The position numbers were made by a program, and so were the translations under genes. From the human T2T-CHM13v2.0 reference genome, Homo sapiens, in the NCBI RefSeq assembly GCF_009914755.1, contig NC_060937.1: a stretch of 64,000 bases of DNA, one strand, 5' to 3'. Below the pieces are notes generated by a model, which did no database searches, was not told the DNA's origin, and was given only the letters and a program-made list of their open reading frames with translations. Shown here in pieces: positions 32,726-50,100 of the stretch. How positions within the stretch are numbered: the first letter of the stretch is position 1; each line of letters begins with the position of its first letter.

Positions 32726-35119
32726 ATTCTATAGTTTACATAAAATATCAAAGTACCCAAACTATACATTATATACTGTATATAAAATATGAAATTACAT
32801 CAAATATATATTATATTAGGTACATAAAATATGAAAGTAAATCAAATATAAATTATATACTGTACATAAAATACCAAAGTACCCCAAATATATATTATAT
32901 ACTGTACATGCAATATCAAAGTTCACAAACTATATATTATATACTGTACATAAAATATCAAAGTACCGAAGGTATATATTCTATACTCTACAAAAAATAT
33001 CAAAGTACGCAAAGCATGTAATATATTCTGTACATAAAATATGAATGTACATCAAATATATATTTTATTCTGTACATAAAATATCAAAGTACACCAAATA
33101 TATATTCTATAGTGTACATAAAATATCAAAGTACCCAAACTATACATTATATACTGTACAAAAAATATGAAATTACATCAAATATATATTATATTAGGTA
33201 CATAAAATATGAAAGTACATCAAATATAGATTATATACTGTACATAAAATACCAAAGAACCCCAAATATATATTATATACTGTACATGAAATATCAAAGT
33301 TCACAAACTATATATTATATACTGTACATAAAATATCAAAGTACCCAAGGTATATATTCTATACTGTACAAAAAATATCAAAGTACCCAAAGCATGTATT
33401 ATATACTGTTAATAAAATATGAAAATACATCAAATATATATTTTATTCTGTACATAAAATATCAAAGTACAACAAATATATATTCTATAGTGTACATAAA
33501 ATATCAAATTACCCAAACTATACATTATCTACTGTACATAAAATACGAAATTACATGAAATATATATTATATTAGGTACATAAAATATGAAAGTACATCA
33601 AATATAAATTATATACTGTACATAACATATCAAAGTACCCCGAATATATATTATATACTGTACATGAAATATCAAAGTTCACAAACTATATATTATATAC
33701 TGTACATGAAATATCAAAGAACCCAAGGTATATATTCTATACTGTACAAAAAATATCAAAGTACCCAAAACATGTATTATATAGTGTTCATAAAATATGA
33801 AAGTACATCAAATATATATTTTATACTCTACATAAAATATCAAACTACACCAAATATATATTCTATAGTGTACATAAAATATCAAAGTACCCAAACTATA
33901 CATTATATACTGTACATAAAATATGAAATTACATCAAATATATATTACATTAGGTACATAAAATATGAAAGTACATCAAATATAGATTATATACTCTACA
34001 TAAAATATCAAAGTACCACAAATATACATTATATAGTGTACATGAAATAAAAAAGCTCACAAACTATATATTATATACTGTACATAAAATATGAAATTAC
34101 CCAATGTATATATTCTATATTGTACAAAAAATATCAAAGTACCCAAAGCATGTATTATATACTGTACATAAAATATGAAAGTACATCAAATATATATTTT
34201 ATTCTGTACATAAAATATCAAAGTACACCAAATATATATTCTATAGTGTACATAAAATATCAAAGTACCCAAACTATACATAATAATCTGTACATAAAAT
34301 ATGAAATTACATCAAATATATACTATATTATGTACATAAAATATGAAAGTACATCAAATATAGATTATATACCGTACATAAAATACCAAAGTACCCCAAA
34401 TACATATTTTATACTGTACATGCAATATCAAAGTTCACAAACTATATATAATATACTGTACATAAAATATCAAAGTACCGAAAGTATATATTCTATACTG
34501 TACGAAAAATATTAAAGTACCCAAAGCATGTATTATATACTGTACATAAAATATGAAAGTACATCAAATATATATTTTATTCTGTACATAAAATATCAAA
34601 GTACACCAAATATATATTCTATAGTGTACGTAAAATATCAAAGTACCCAAACTATACATTATATACTGTACATAAAATATGAAATTACATCAAATATATA
34701 TTATATTAGGTACATAAAATATGAAAGTACATCAAATATAAATTATATACTGTACATAAAATACCAAAGAACCCCAAATACATATTATATACTGTACATG
34801 AAATATCAAAGTTCACAAACTATATATTATATACTGTACATAAAATATCAAAGTACCCAAGGTATATATTCTATACTGTACAAAAAATATCAAAGTACCC
34901 AAAGCATGTATTATATAGTGTATATAAAATATGAAAGTACATCAAATATATATTTAATTCTGTACATAAAATATCAAAGTACACCAAATATATATTCTAT
35001 ACTGTACATAAAATATCAAAGTACCCAAACTATACATTATATACTGTACATAAAATATGAAATTACATCAAATATATATTATATTAGGTACATAAAATAT
35101 GAAAGTACATCAAATATAG

Positions 35120-38100
35120 ATTATACACTGTACATAAAATACCAAAGAACCCCAAATATATATTATATACTGTACATGAAATATCAAAGTTCACAAACTA
35201 TATATTATATAATGTACATAAAATATCAAAGTACCCAAGGTATATATTCTATACTGTACAAAAAATATCAAAGTACGCAAACATGTATTATATACTGTAC
35301 ATAAAATATGAAATTACATCAAATATATATTATATTAGGTACATAAAATATGAAAGTACATCAAATATAGATTATATACTGTACATAAAATACCAAAGAA
35401 CCCCAAATATATATTATATACTGTACATGAAATATCAAAGTTCACAAACTATATATTATATACTGTACATAAAATATCAAAGTACCCAAGGTATATATTC
35501 TATACTGTACAAAAAATATCAAAGTACCCAAAGCATGTATTATATAGTGTATATAAAATATGAAAGTACATCAAATATATATTTAATTCTGTACATAAAA
35601 TATCAAAGTACACCAAATATATATTCTATACTGTACATAAAATATCAAAGTACCCAAACTATACATTATATACTGTACATAAAATATGAAATTACATCAA
35701 ATATATATTATATTAGGTACATAAAATATGAAAGTACATCAAATATAGATTATACACTGTACATAAAATACCAAAGTACCCCAAATATATATTATATACT
35801 GTACATGAAATATCAAAGTTCACAAACTATATATTATATACTGTACATAAAATATCAAAGTACCCAAGGTATATATTCTATACTGTACAAAAAATATCAA
35901 AGTTCCCAAAGCATGTATTATATACTGTTAATAAAATATGAAAGTACATCAAATATATATTTAATTCTGTACATAAAATATCAAAGTACACCAAATATAT
36001 ATTCTATAGTGTACATAAAATATCAAAGTACCCAAACTATACATTATATACTGTACATAAAATATGAAATTACATCAAATATATATTATATTAGGTACAT
36101 AAAATATGAAAGTACATCAAATATAGATTATATACTGTACATAAAATACCAAAGTACCCCAAATACATATTATATACTGTACATGAAATATCAAAGTTCA
36201 CAAACTATATATTGTATACTGTACATAAAATATCAAAGTACCGAAGGGATATATTCTATAGTGTACAAAAAATATCAAAGTACCCAAAGCATGTATTATA
36301 TACTGTACATAAAATATGAAAGTACATGAAATATATATTTTATTCTGTACATAAAATATCAAAGTACACCAAATATATATTCTATAGTGTACATAAAATA
36401 TCAAAGTACCCAGACTATACATTATATACTGTACATAAAACATGAAATTACATCCAATATATATTATATTAGGTACATAAAATATGAAAGTACATCAAAT
36501 ATAAATTATATACTGTACATAAAATACCAAAGTACCCCAAATATATATTATATACTGTACATGAAATATCAAAGTTCACAAACTATATATTATATACTGT
36601 ACATAAAATATCAAAGTACCCAAGGTATATATTCTATACTGTACAAAAAATATCAAAGTACCCAAAGCATGTATTATATAGTGTATATAAAATATGAAAG
36701 TACATCAAATATATATTTAATTCTGTACATAAAATATCAAAGTACACCAAATATATATTCTATAGTGTACATTAAATATCAAACTACCCAAACTATACAT
36801 TATATACTGTACATAAAATATGAAATTACATCAAATATATATTATATTAGGTACATAAAATATGAAAGTACATCAAATATAGATTATACACTGTACATAA
36901 AATACCAAAGAACCCCAAATATATATTATATACTGTACATGAAATATCAAAGTTCACAAACTATATATTATATACTGTACATAAAATATCAAAGTACCCA
37001 AGGTATATATTCTATACTGTACAAAAAATATCAAAGTACCCAAAGCATGTATTATATAGTGTATATAAAATATGAAAGTACATCAAATATATATTTAATT
37101 CTGTACATAAAATATCAAAGTACACCAAATATATATTCTATACTGTACATAAAATATCAAAGTACCCAAACTATACATTATATACTGTACATAAAATATG
37201 AAATTACATCAAATATATATTATATTAGGTACATAAAATATGAAAGTACATCAAATATAGATTATACACTGTACATAAAATACCAAAGAACCCCAAATAT
37301 ATATTATATACTGTACATGAAATATCAAAGTTCACAAACTATATATTATATAATGTACATAAAATATCAAAGTACCCAAGGTATATATTCTATACTGTAC
37401 AAAAAATATCAAAGTACGCAAACATGTATTATATACTGTACATTAAATATGAAATTACATCAAATATATATTATATTAGGTACATAAAATATGAAAGTAC
37501 ATCAAATATACATTATATACTGTACATAAAATACCAAAGAACCCCAAATATATATTATATACTGTACATGAAATATCAAAGTTCACAAACTATATATTAT
37601 ATACTGTACATAAAATATCAAAGTACCGAAGGGATATATTCTATAATGTACAAAAAATATCAAAGTACCCAAAGCATGTATTATATACTGTACATAAAAT
37701 ATGAAAGTACATGAAATATATATTTTATTCTGTACATAAAATATCAAAGTACACCAAATATATATTCTATAGTGTACATAAAATATCAAAGTACCCAGAC
37801 TATACATTATATACTGTACATAAAACATGAAATTACATCCAATATATATTATATTTGGTACATAAAATATGAAAGTACATCAAATATAAATTATATACTG
37901 TACATAAAATACCAAAGTACCCCAAATATATATTATATACTGTACATGAAATATCAAAGTTCACAAACTATATATTATATACTGTACATAAAATATCAAA
38001 GTACCCAAGGTATATATTCTATACTGTACAAAAAATATCAAAGTTCCCAAAGCATGTATTATATACTGTTAATAAAATATGAAAGTACATCAAATATATA

Positions 38101-41100
38101 TTTAATTCTGTACATAAAATATCAAAGTACACCAAATATATATTCTATAGTGTACATAAAATATCAAAGTACCCAAACTATACATTATATACTGTACATA
38201 AAATATGAAATTACATCAAATATATATTATATTAGGTACATAAAATATGAAAGTACATCAAATATAGATTATATACTGTACATAAAATACCAAAGTACCC
38301 CAAATACATATTATATACTGTACATGAAATATCAAAGTTCACAAACTATATATTGTATACTGTACATAAAATATCAAAGTACCGAAGGGATATATTCTAT
38401 AGTGTACAAAAAATATCAAAGTACCCAAAGCATGTATTATATACTGTACATAAAATATGAAAGTACATGAAATATATATTTTATTCTGTACATAAAATAT
38501 CAAAGTACACCAAATATATATTCTATAGTGTACATAAAATATCAAAGTACCCAGACTATACATTATATACTGTACATAAAACATGAAATTACATCCAATA
38601 TATATTATATTAGGTACATAAAATATGAAAGTACATCAAATATAAATTATATACTGTACATAAAATACCAAAGTACCCCAAATATATATTATATACTGTA
38701 CATGAAATATCAAAGTTCACAAACTATATATTATATACTGTACATAAAATATCAAAGTACCCAAGGTATATATTCTATACTGTACAAAAAATATCAAAGT
38801 ACCCAAAGCATGTATTATATAGTGTATATAAAATATGAAAGTACATCAAATATATATTTAATTCTGTACATAAAATATCAAAGTACACCAAATATATATT
38901 CTATAGTGTACATTAAATATCAAACTACCCAAACTATACATTATATACTGTACATAAAATATGAAATTACATCAAATATATATTATATTAGGTACATAAA
39001 ATATGAAAGTACATCAAATATAGATTATACACTGTACATAAAATACCAAAGAACCCCAAATATATATTATATACTGTACATGAAATATCAAAGTTCACAA
39101 ACTATATATTATATACTGTATATAAAATATCAAATTACCCAAGGTATATATTCTATACTGTACAAAAAATATCAAAGTACCCAAAGCATGTATTATATAG
39201 TGTATATAAAATATGAAAGTACATCAAATATATATTTAATTCTGTACATATAATATCAAAGTACACCAAATATATATTCTATACTGTACATAAAATATCA
39301 AAGTACCCAAACTATACATTATATACTGTACATAAAATATGAAATTACATCAAATATATATTATATTAGGTACATAAAATATGAAAGTACATCAAATATA
39401 GATTATACACTGTACATAAAATACCAAAGAACCCCAAATATATATTATATACTGTACATGAAATATCAAAGTTCACAAACTATATATTATATAATGTACA
39501 TAAAATATCAAAGTACCCAAGGTATATATTCTATACTGTACAAAAAATATCAAAGTACGCAAACATGTATTATATACTGTACATTAAATATGAAATTACA
39601 TCAAATATATATTATCTTAGGTACATAAAATATGAAAGTACATCAAATATACATTATATAATGTACATAAAATACCAAAGTACCCCAAATATATATTATA
39701 TACTGTACATGAAATATCAAAGTTCACAAACTATATATTATATACTGTACATAAAATATCAAAGTACCGAAGGGATATATTCTATAATGTACAAAAAATA
39801 TCAAAGTACCCAAAGCATGTATTATATACTGTACATAAAATATGAAAGTACATCAAATATATATTTTATTCTGTACATAAAATATCAAAGTACACCAAAT
39901 ATATATTCTATAGTGTACATAAAATATCAAAGTACCCAGACTATACATTATATACTGTACATAAAACATGAAATTACATCCAATATATATTATATTTGGT
40001 ACATAAAATATGAAAGTACATCAAATATAAATTATATACTGTACATAAAATACCAAAGTACCCCAAATATATATTATATACTGTACATGAAATATCAAAG
40101 TTCACAAACTATATATTATATACTGTACATAAAATATCAAAGTACCCAAGGTATATATTCTATACTGTACAAAAAATATCAAAGTTCCCAAAGCATGTAT
40201 TATATACTGTTAATAAAATATGAAAGTACATCAAATATATATTTAATTCTGTACATAAAATATCAAAGTACACCAAATATATATTCTATAGTGTACATAA
40301 AATATCAAAGTACCCAAACTATACATTATATACTGTACATAAAATATGAAATTACATCAAATATATATTATATTAGGTACATAAAATATGAAAGTACATC
40401 AAATATATATTATATACTGTACATAAAATACCAAAGTACCCCAAATACATATTATATACTGTACATGAAATATCAAAGTTCACAAACTATATATTGTATA
40501 CTGTACATAAAATATCAAAGTACCGAAGGGATATATTCTATACTGTACAAAAAATATCAAAGTACCCAAAGCATGTATTATATACTGTACATAAAATATG
40601 AAAGTACATGAAATATATATTTTATTCTGTACATAAAATATCAAAGTACACCAAATATATATTCTATAGTGTACATAAAATATCAAAGTACCCAGACTAT
40701 ACATTATATACTGTACATAAAACATGAAATTACATCCAATATATATTATATTAGGTACATAAAATATGAAAGTACATCAAATATAAATTATATACTGTAC
40801 ATAAAATACCAAAGTACCCCAAATATATATTATATACTGTACATGAAATATCAAAGTTCACAAACTATATATTATATACTGTACATAAAATATCAAAGTA
40901 CCCAAGGTATATATTCTATACTGTACAAAAAATATCAAAGTACCCAAAGCATGTATTATATAGTGTATATAAAATATGAAAGTACATCAAATATATATTT
41001 AATTCTGTACATAAAATATCAAAGTACACCAAATATATATTCTATAGTGTACATTAAATATCAAACTACCCAAACTATACATTATATACTGTACATAAAA

Positions 41101-44100
41101 TATGAAATTACATCAAATATATATTATATTAGGTACATAAAATATGAAAGTACATCAAATATAGATTATACACTGTACATAAAATACCAAAGAACCCCAA
41201 ATATATATTATATACTGTACATGAAATATCAAAGTTCACAAACTATATATTATATACTGTACATAAAATATCAAAGTACCCAAGGTATATATTCTATACT
41301 GTACAAAAAATATCAAAGTACCCAAAGCATGTATTATATAGTGTATATAAAATATGAAAGTACATCAAATATATATTTAATTCTGTACATAAAATATCAA
41401 AGTACACCAAATATATATTCTATACTGTACATAAAATATCAAAGTACCCAAACTATACATTATATACTGTACATAAAATATGAAATTACATCAAATATAT
41501 ATTATATTAGGTACATAAAATATGAAAGTACATCAAATATAGATTATACACTGTACATAAAATACCAAAGAACCCCAAATATATATTATATACTGTACAT
41601 GAAATATCAAAGTTCACAAACTATATATTATATACTGTACATAAAATATCAAAGTACCCAAGGTATATATTCTATACTGTACAAAAAATATCAAAGTTCC
41701 CAAAGCATGTATTATATACTGTTAATAAAATATGAAAGTACATCAAATATATATTTAATTCTGTACATAAAATATCAAAGTACACCAAATATATATTCTA
41801 TAGTGTACATAAAATATCAAAGTACCCAAACTATACATTATATACTGTACATAAAATATGAAATTACATCAAATATATATTATATTAGGTACATAAAATA
41901 TGAAAGTACATCAAATATAGATTATATACTGTACATAAAATACCAAAGTACCCCAAATACATATTATATACTGTACATGAAATATCAAAGTTCACAAACT
42001 ATATATTGTATACTGTACATAAAATATCAAAGTACCGAAGGGATATATTCTATACTGTACAAAAAATATCAAAGTACCCAAAGCATGTATTATATACTGT
42101 ACATAAAATATGAAAGTACATGAAATATATATTTTATTCTGTACATAAAATATCAAAGTACACCAAATATATATTCTATAGTGTACATAAAATATCAAAG
42201 TACCCAGACTATACATTATATACTGTACATAAAACATGAAATTACATCCAATATATATTATATTAGGTACATAAAATATGAAAGTACATCAAATATAAAT
42301 TATATACTGTACATAAAATACCAAAGAACCCCAAATATATATTATATACTGTACATGAAATATCAAAGTTCACAAACTATATATTATATACTGTACATAA
42401 AATATCAAAGTACCCAAGGTATATATTCTATACTGTACAAAAAATATCAAAGTACCCAAAGCATGTATTATATAGTGTATATAAAATATGAAAGTACATC
42501 AAATATATATTTAATTCTGTACATAAAATATCAAAGTACACCAAATATATATTCTATACTGTACATAAAATATCAAAGTACCCAAACTATACATTATATA
42601 CTGTACATAAAATATGAAATTACATCAAATATATATTATATTAGGTACATAAAATATGAAAGTACATCAAATATAGATTATACACTCTACATAAAATACC
42701 AAAGAACCCCAAATATATATTATATACTGTACATGAAATATCAAAGTTCACAAACTATATATTATATACTGTACATAAAATATCAAAGTACCCAAGGTAT
42801 ATATTCTATACTGTACAAAAAATATCAAAGTTCCCAAAGCATGTATTATATACTGTTAATAAAATATGAAAGTACATCAAATATATATTTAATTCTGTAC
42901 ATAAAATATCAAAGTACACCAAATATATATTCTATAGTGTACATAAAATATCAAAGTACCCAAACTATACATTATATACTGTACATAAAATATGAAATTA
43001 CATCAAATATATATTTTATTAGGTACATAAAATATGAAAGTACATCAAATATAGATTATATACTGTACATAAAATACCAAAGTACCCCAAATACATATTA
43101 TATACTGTACATGAAATATCAAAGTTCACAAACTATATATTGTATACTGTACATAAAATATCAAAGTACCGAAGGGATATATTCTATACTGTACAAAAAA
43201 TATCAAAGTACCCAAAGCATGTATTATATACTGTACATAAAATATGAAAGTACATGAAATATATATTTTATTCTGTACATAAAATATCAAAGTACACCAA
43301 ATATATATTCTATAGTGTACATAAAATATCAAAGTACCCAGACTATACATTATATACTGTACATAAAACATGAAATTACATCCAATATATATTATATTAG
43401 GTACATAAAATATGAAAGTACATCAAATATAAATTATATACTGTACATAAAATACCAAAGAACCCCAAATATATATTATATACTGTACATGAAATATCAA
43501 AGTTCACAAACTATATATTATATACTGTACATAAAATATCAAAGTACCCAAGGTATATATTCTATACTGTACAAAAAATATCAAAGTACCCAAAGCATGT
43601 ATTATATAGTGTATATAAAATATGAAAGTACAAAAAATATATATTTAATTCTGTACATAAAATATCAAAGTACACCAAATATATATTCTATACTGTACAT
43701 AAAATATCAAAGTACCCAAACTATACATTATATACTGTACATAAAATATGAAATTACATCAAATATATATTATATTAGGTACATAAAATATGAAAGTACA
43801 TCAAATATAGATTATACACTGTACATAAAATACCAAAGAACCCCAAATATATATTATATACTGTACATGAAATATCAAAGTTCACAAACTATATATTATA
43901 TAATGTACATAAAATATCAAAGTACCCAAGGTATATATTCTATACTGTACAAAAAATATCAAAGTACGCAAACATGTATTATATACTGTACATAAAATAT
44001 GAAATTACATCAAATATATATTATATTAGGTACATAAAATATGAAAGTACATCAAATATACATTATATAATGTACATAAAATACCAAAGTACCCCAAATA

Positions 44101-47100
44101 TATATTATATACTGTACATGAAATATCAAAGTTCACAAACTATATATTATATACTGTACATAAAATATCAAAGTACCGAAGGGATATATTCTATAATGTA
44201 CAAAAAATATCAAAGTACCCAAAGCATGTATTATATACTGTACATAAAATATGAAAGTACATGAAATATATATTTTATTCTGTACATAAAATATCAAAGT
44301 ACACCAAATATATATTCTATAGTGTACATAAAATATCAAAGTACCCAGACTATACATTATATACTGTACATAAAACATGAAATTACATCCAATATATATT
44401 ATATTTGGTACATAAAATATGAAAGTACATCAAATATAAATTATATACTGTACATAAAATACCAAAGTACCCCAAATATATATTATATACTGTACATGAA
44501 ATATCAAAGTTCACAAACTATATATTATATACTGTACATAAAATATCAAAGTACCCAAGGTATATATTCTATACTGTACAAAAAATATCAAAGTTCCCAA
44601 AGCATGTATTATATACTGTTAATAAAATATGAAAGTACATCAAATATATATTTAATTCTGTACATATAATATCAAAGTACACCAAATATATATTCTATAG
44701 TGTACATAAAATATCAAAGTACCCAAACTATACATTATATACTGTACATAAAATATGAAATTACATCAAATATATATTATATTAGGTACATAAAATATGA
44801 AAGTACATCAAATATATATTATATACTGTACATAAAATACCAAAGTACCCCAAATACATATTATATACTGTACATGAAATATCAAAGTTCACAAACTATA
44901 TATTGTATACTGTACATAAAATATCAAAGTACCGAAGGGATATATTCTATACTGTACAAAAAATATCAAAGTACCCAAAGCATGTATTATATACTGTACA
45001 TAAAATATGAAAGTACATGAAATATATATTTTATTCTGTACATAAAATATCAAAGTACACCAAATATATATTCTATAGTGTACATAAAATATCAAAGTAC
45101 CCAGACTATACATTATATACTGTACATAAAACATGAAATTACATCCAATATATATTATATTAGGTACATAAAATATGAAAGTACATCAAATATAAATTAT
45201 ATACTGTACATAAAATACCAAAGTACCCCAAATATATATTATATACTGTACATGAAATATCAAAGTTCACAAACTATATATTATATACTGTACATAAAAT
45301 ATCAAAGTACCCAAGGTATATATTCTATACTGTACAAAAAATATCAAAGTACCCAAAGCATGTATTATATAGTGTATATAAAATAGGAAAGTACATCAAA
45401 TATATATTTAATTCTGTACATAAAATATCAAAGTACACCAAATATATATTCTATAGTGTACATTAAATATCAAACTACCCAAACTATACATTATATACTG
45501 TACATAAAATATGAAATTACATCAAATATATATTATATTAGGTACATAAAATATGAAAGTACATCAAATATAGATTATACACTGTACATAAAATACCAAA
45601 GAACCCCAAATATATATTATATACTGTACATGAAATATCAAAGTTCACAAACTATATATTATATAATGTACATAAAATATCAAAGTACCCAAGGTATATA
45701 TTCTATACTGTACAAAAAATATCAAAGTACGCAAACATGTATTATATACTGTACATAAAATATGAAATTACATCAAATATATATTATATTAGGTACATAA
45801 AATATGAAAGTACATCAAATATACATTATATAATGTACATAAAATACCAAAGTACCCCAAATATATATTATATACTGTACATGAAATATCAAAGTTCACA
45901 AACTATATATTATATACTGTACATAAAATATCAAAGTACCGAAGGGATATATTCTATAATGTACAAAAAATATCAAAGTACCCAAAGCATGTATTATATA
46001 CTGTACATAAAATATGAAAGTACATGAAATATATATTTTATTCTGTACATAAAATATCAAAGTACACCAAATATATATTCTATAGTGTACATAAAATATC
46101 AAAGTATCCAGACTATACATTATATACTGTACATAAAACATGAAATTACATCCAATATATATTATATTTGGTACATAAAATATGAAAGTACATCAAATAT
46201 AAATTATATACTGTACATAAAATACCAAAGTACCCCAAATATATATTATATACTGTACATGAAATATCAAAGTTCACAAACTATATATTATATACTGTAC
46301 ATAAAATATCAAAGTACCCAAGGTATATATTCTATACTGTCCAAAAAATATCAAAGTTCCCAAAGCATGTATTATATACTGTTAATAAAATATGAAAGTA
46401 CATCAAATATATATTTAATTCTGTACATAAAATATCAAAGTACACCAAATATATATTCTATAGTGTACATAAAATATCAAAGTACCCAAACTATACATTA
46501 TATACTGTACATAAAATATGAAATTACATCAAATATATATTATATTAGGTACATAAAATATGAAAGTACATCAAATATATATTATATACTGTACATAAAA
46601 TACCAAAGTACCCCAAATACATATTATATACTGTACATGAAATATCAAAGTTCACAAACTATATATTGTATACTGTACATAAAATATCAAAGTACCGAAG
46701 GGATATATTCTATACTGTACAAAAAATATCAAAGTACCCAAAGCATGTATTATATACTGTACATAAAATATGAAAGTACATGAAATATATATTTTATTCT
46801 GTACATAAAATATCAAAGTACACCAAATATATATTCTATAGTGTACATAAAATATCAAAGTACCCAGACTATACATTATATACTGTACATAAAACATGAA
46901 ATTACATCCAATATATATTATATTAGGTACATAAAATATGAAAGTACATCAAATATAAATTATATACTGTACATAAAATACCAAAGTACCCCAAATATAT
47001 ATTATATACTGTAAATGAAATATCAAAGTTCACAAACTATATATTATATACTGTACATAAAATATCAAAGTACCCAAGGTATATATTCTATACTGTACAA

Positions 47101-50100
47101 AAAATATCAAAGTACCCAAAGCATGTATTATATAGTGTATATAAAATATGAAAGTACATCAAATATATATTTAATTCTGTACATAAAATATCAAAGTACA
47201 CCAAATATATATTCTATAGTGTACATTAAATATCAAACTACCCAAACTATACATTATATACTGTACATAAAATATGAAATTACATCAAATATATATTATA
47301 TTAGGTACATAAAATATGAAAGTACATCAAATATAGATTATATACTGTACATAAAATACCAAAGAACCCCAAATATATATTATATACTGTACATGAAATA
47401 TCAAAGTTCACAAACTATATATTATATACTGTACATAAAATATCAAAGTACCCAAGGTATATATTCTATACTGTACAAAAAATATCAAAGTACCCAAAGC
47501 ATCTATTATATAGTGTATATAAAATATGAAAGTACATCAAATATATATTTAATTCTGTACATAAAATATCAAGGTACACCAAATATATATTCTATACTGT
47601 ACATAAAATATCAAAGTACCCAAACTATACATTATATACTGTACATAAAATATGAAATTACATCAAATATATATTATATTAGGTACATAAAATATGAAAG
47701 TACATCAAATATAGATTATACACTGTACATAAAATACCAAAGAACCCCAAATCTATATTATATACTGTACATGAAATATCAAAGTTCACAAACTATATAT
47801 TATATACTGTACATAAAATATCAAAGTACCCAAGGTATATATTCTATACTGTACAAAAAATATCAAAGTTCCCAAAGCATGTATTATATACTGTTAATAA
47901 AATATGAAAGTACATCAAATATATATTTAATTCTGTACATAAAATATCAAAGTACACCAAATATATATTCTATAGTGTACATAAAATATCAAAGTACCCA
48001 AACTATACATTATATACTGTACATAAAATATGAAATTACATCAAATATATATTATATTAGGTACATAAAATATGAAAGTACATCAAATATATATTATATA
48101 CTGTACATAAAATACCAAAGTACCCCAAATACATATTATATACTGTACATGAAATATCAAAGTTCACAAACTATATATTGTATACTGTACATAAAATATC
48201 AAAGTACCGAAGGGATATATTCTATACTGTACAAAAAATATCAAAGTACCCAAAGCATGTATTATATACTGTACATAAAATATGAAAGTACATGAAATAT
48301 ATATTTTATTCTGTACATAAAATATCAAAGTACACCAAATATATATTCTATAGTGTACATAAAATATCAAAGTACCCAGACTATACATTATATACTGTAC
48401 ATAAAACATGAAATTACATCCAATATATATTATATTAGGTACATAAAATATGAAAGTACATCAAATATAAATTATATACTGTACATAAAATACCAAAGTA
48501 CCCCAAATATATATTATATACTGTACATGAAATATCAAAGTTCACAAACTATATATTATATACTGTAAATAAAATATCAAAGTACCCAAGGTATATATTC
48601 TATACTGTACAAAAAATATCAAAGTACCCAAAGCATGTATTATATAGTGTATATAAAATATGAAAGTACATCAAATATATATTTAATTCTGTACATAAAA
48701 TATCAAAGTACACCAAATATATATTCTATAGTGTACATTAAATATCAAACTACCCAAACTATACATTATATACTGTACATAAAATATGAAATTACATCAA
48801 ATATATATTATATTAGGTACATAAAATATGAAAGTACATCAAATATAGATTATACACTGTACATAAAATACCAAAGAACCCCAAATATATATTATATACT
48901 GTACATGAAATATCAAAGTTCACAAACTATATATTATATACTGTACATAAAATATCAAAGTACCCAAGGTATATATTCTATACTGTACAAAAAATATCAA
49001 AGTACCCAAAGCATGTATTATATAGTGTATATAAAATATGAAAGTACATCAAATATATATTTAATTCTGTACATAAAATATCAAAGTACACCAAATATAT
49101 ATTCTATACTGTACATAAAATATCAAAGTACCCAAACTATACATTATATACTGTACATAAAATATGAAATTACATCAAATATATATTATATTAGGTACAT
49201 AAAATATGAAAGTACATCAAATATAGATTATACACTGTACATAAAATACCAAAGAACCCCAAATATATATTATATACTGTACATGAAATATCAAAGTTCA
49301 CAAACTATATATTATATAATGTACATAAAATATCAAAGTACCCAAGGTATATATTCTATACTGTACAAAAAATATCAAAGTACGCAAACATGTATTATAT
49401 ACTGTACATAAAATATGAAATTACATCAAATATATATTATATTAGGTACATAAAATATGAAAGTACATCAAATATACATTATATAATGTACATAAAATAC
49501 CAAAGTACCCCAAATATATATTATATACTGTACATGAAATATCAAAGTTCACAAACTATATATTATATACTGTACATAAAATATCAAAGTACCGAAGGGA
49601 TATATTCTATAATGTACAAAAAATATCAAAGTACCCAAAGCATGTATTATATACTGTACATAAAATATGAAAGTACATGAAATATATATTTTATTCTGTA
49701 CATAAAATATCAAAGTACACCAAATATATATTCTATAGTGTACATAAAATATCAAAGTACCCAGACTATACATTATATACTGTACATAAAACATGAAATT
49801 ACATCCAATATATATTATATTTGGTACATAAAATATGAAAGTACATCAAATATAAATTATATACTGTACATAAAATACCAAAGTACCCCAAATATATATT
49901 ATATACTGTACATGAAATATCAAAGTTCACAAACTATATATTATATACTGTACATAAAATATCAAAATACCCAAGGTATATATTCTATACTGTACAAAAA
50001 ATATCAAAGTACCCAAAGCATGTATTATATACTGTTAGTAAAATATGAAAGTACATCAAATATATATTTAATTCTGTACATAAAATATCAAAGTACACCA

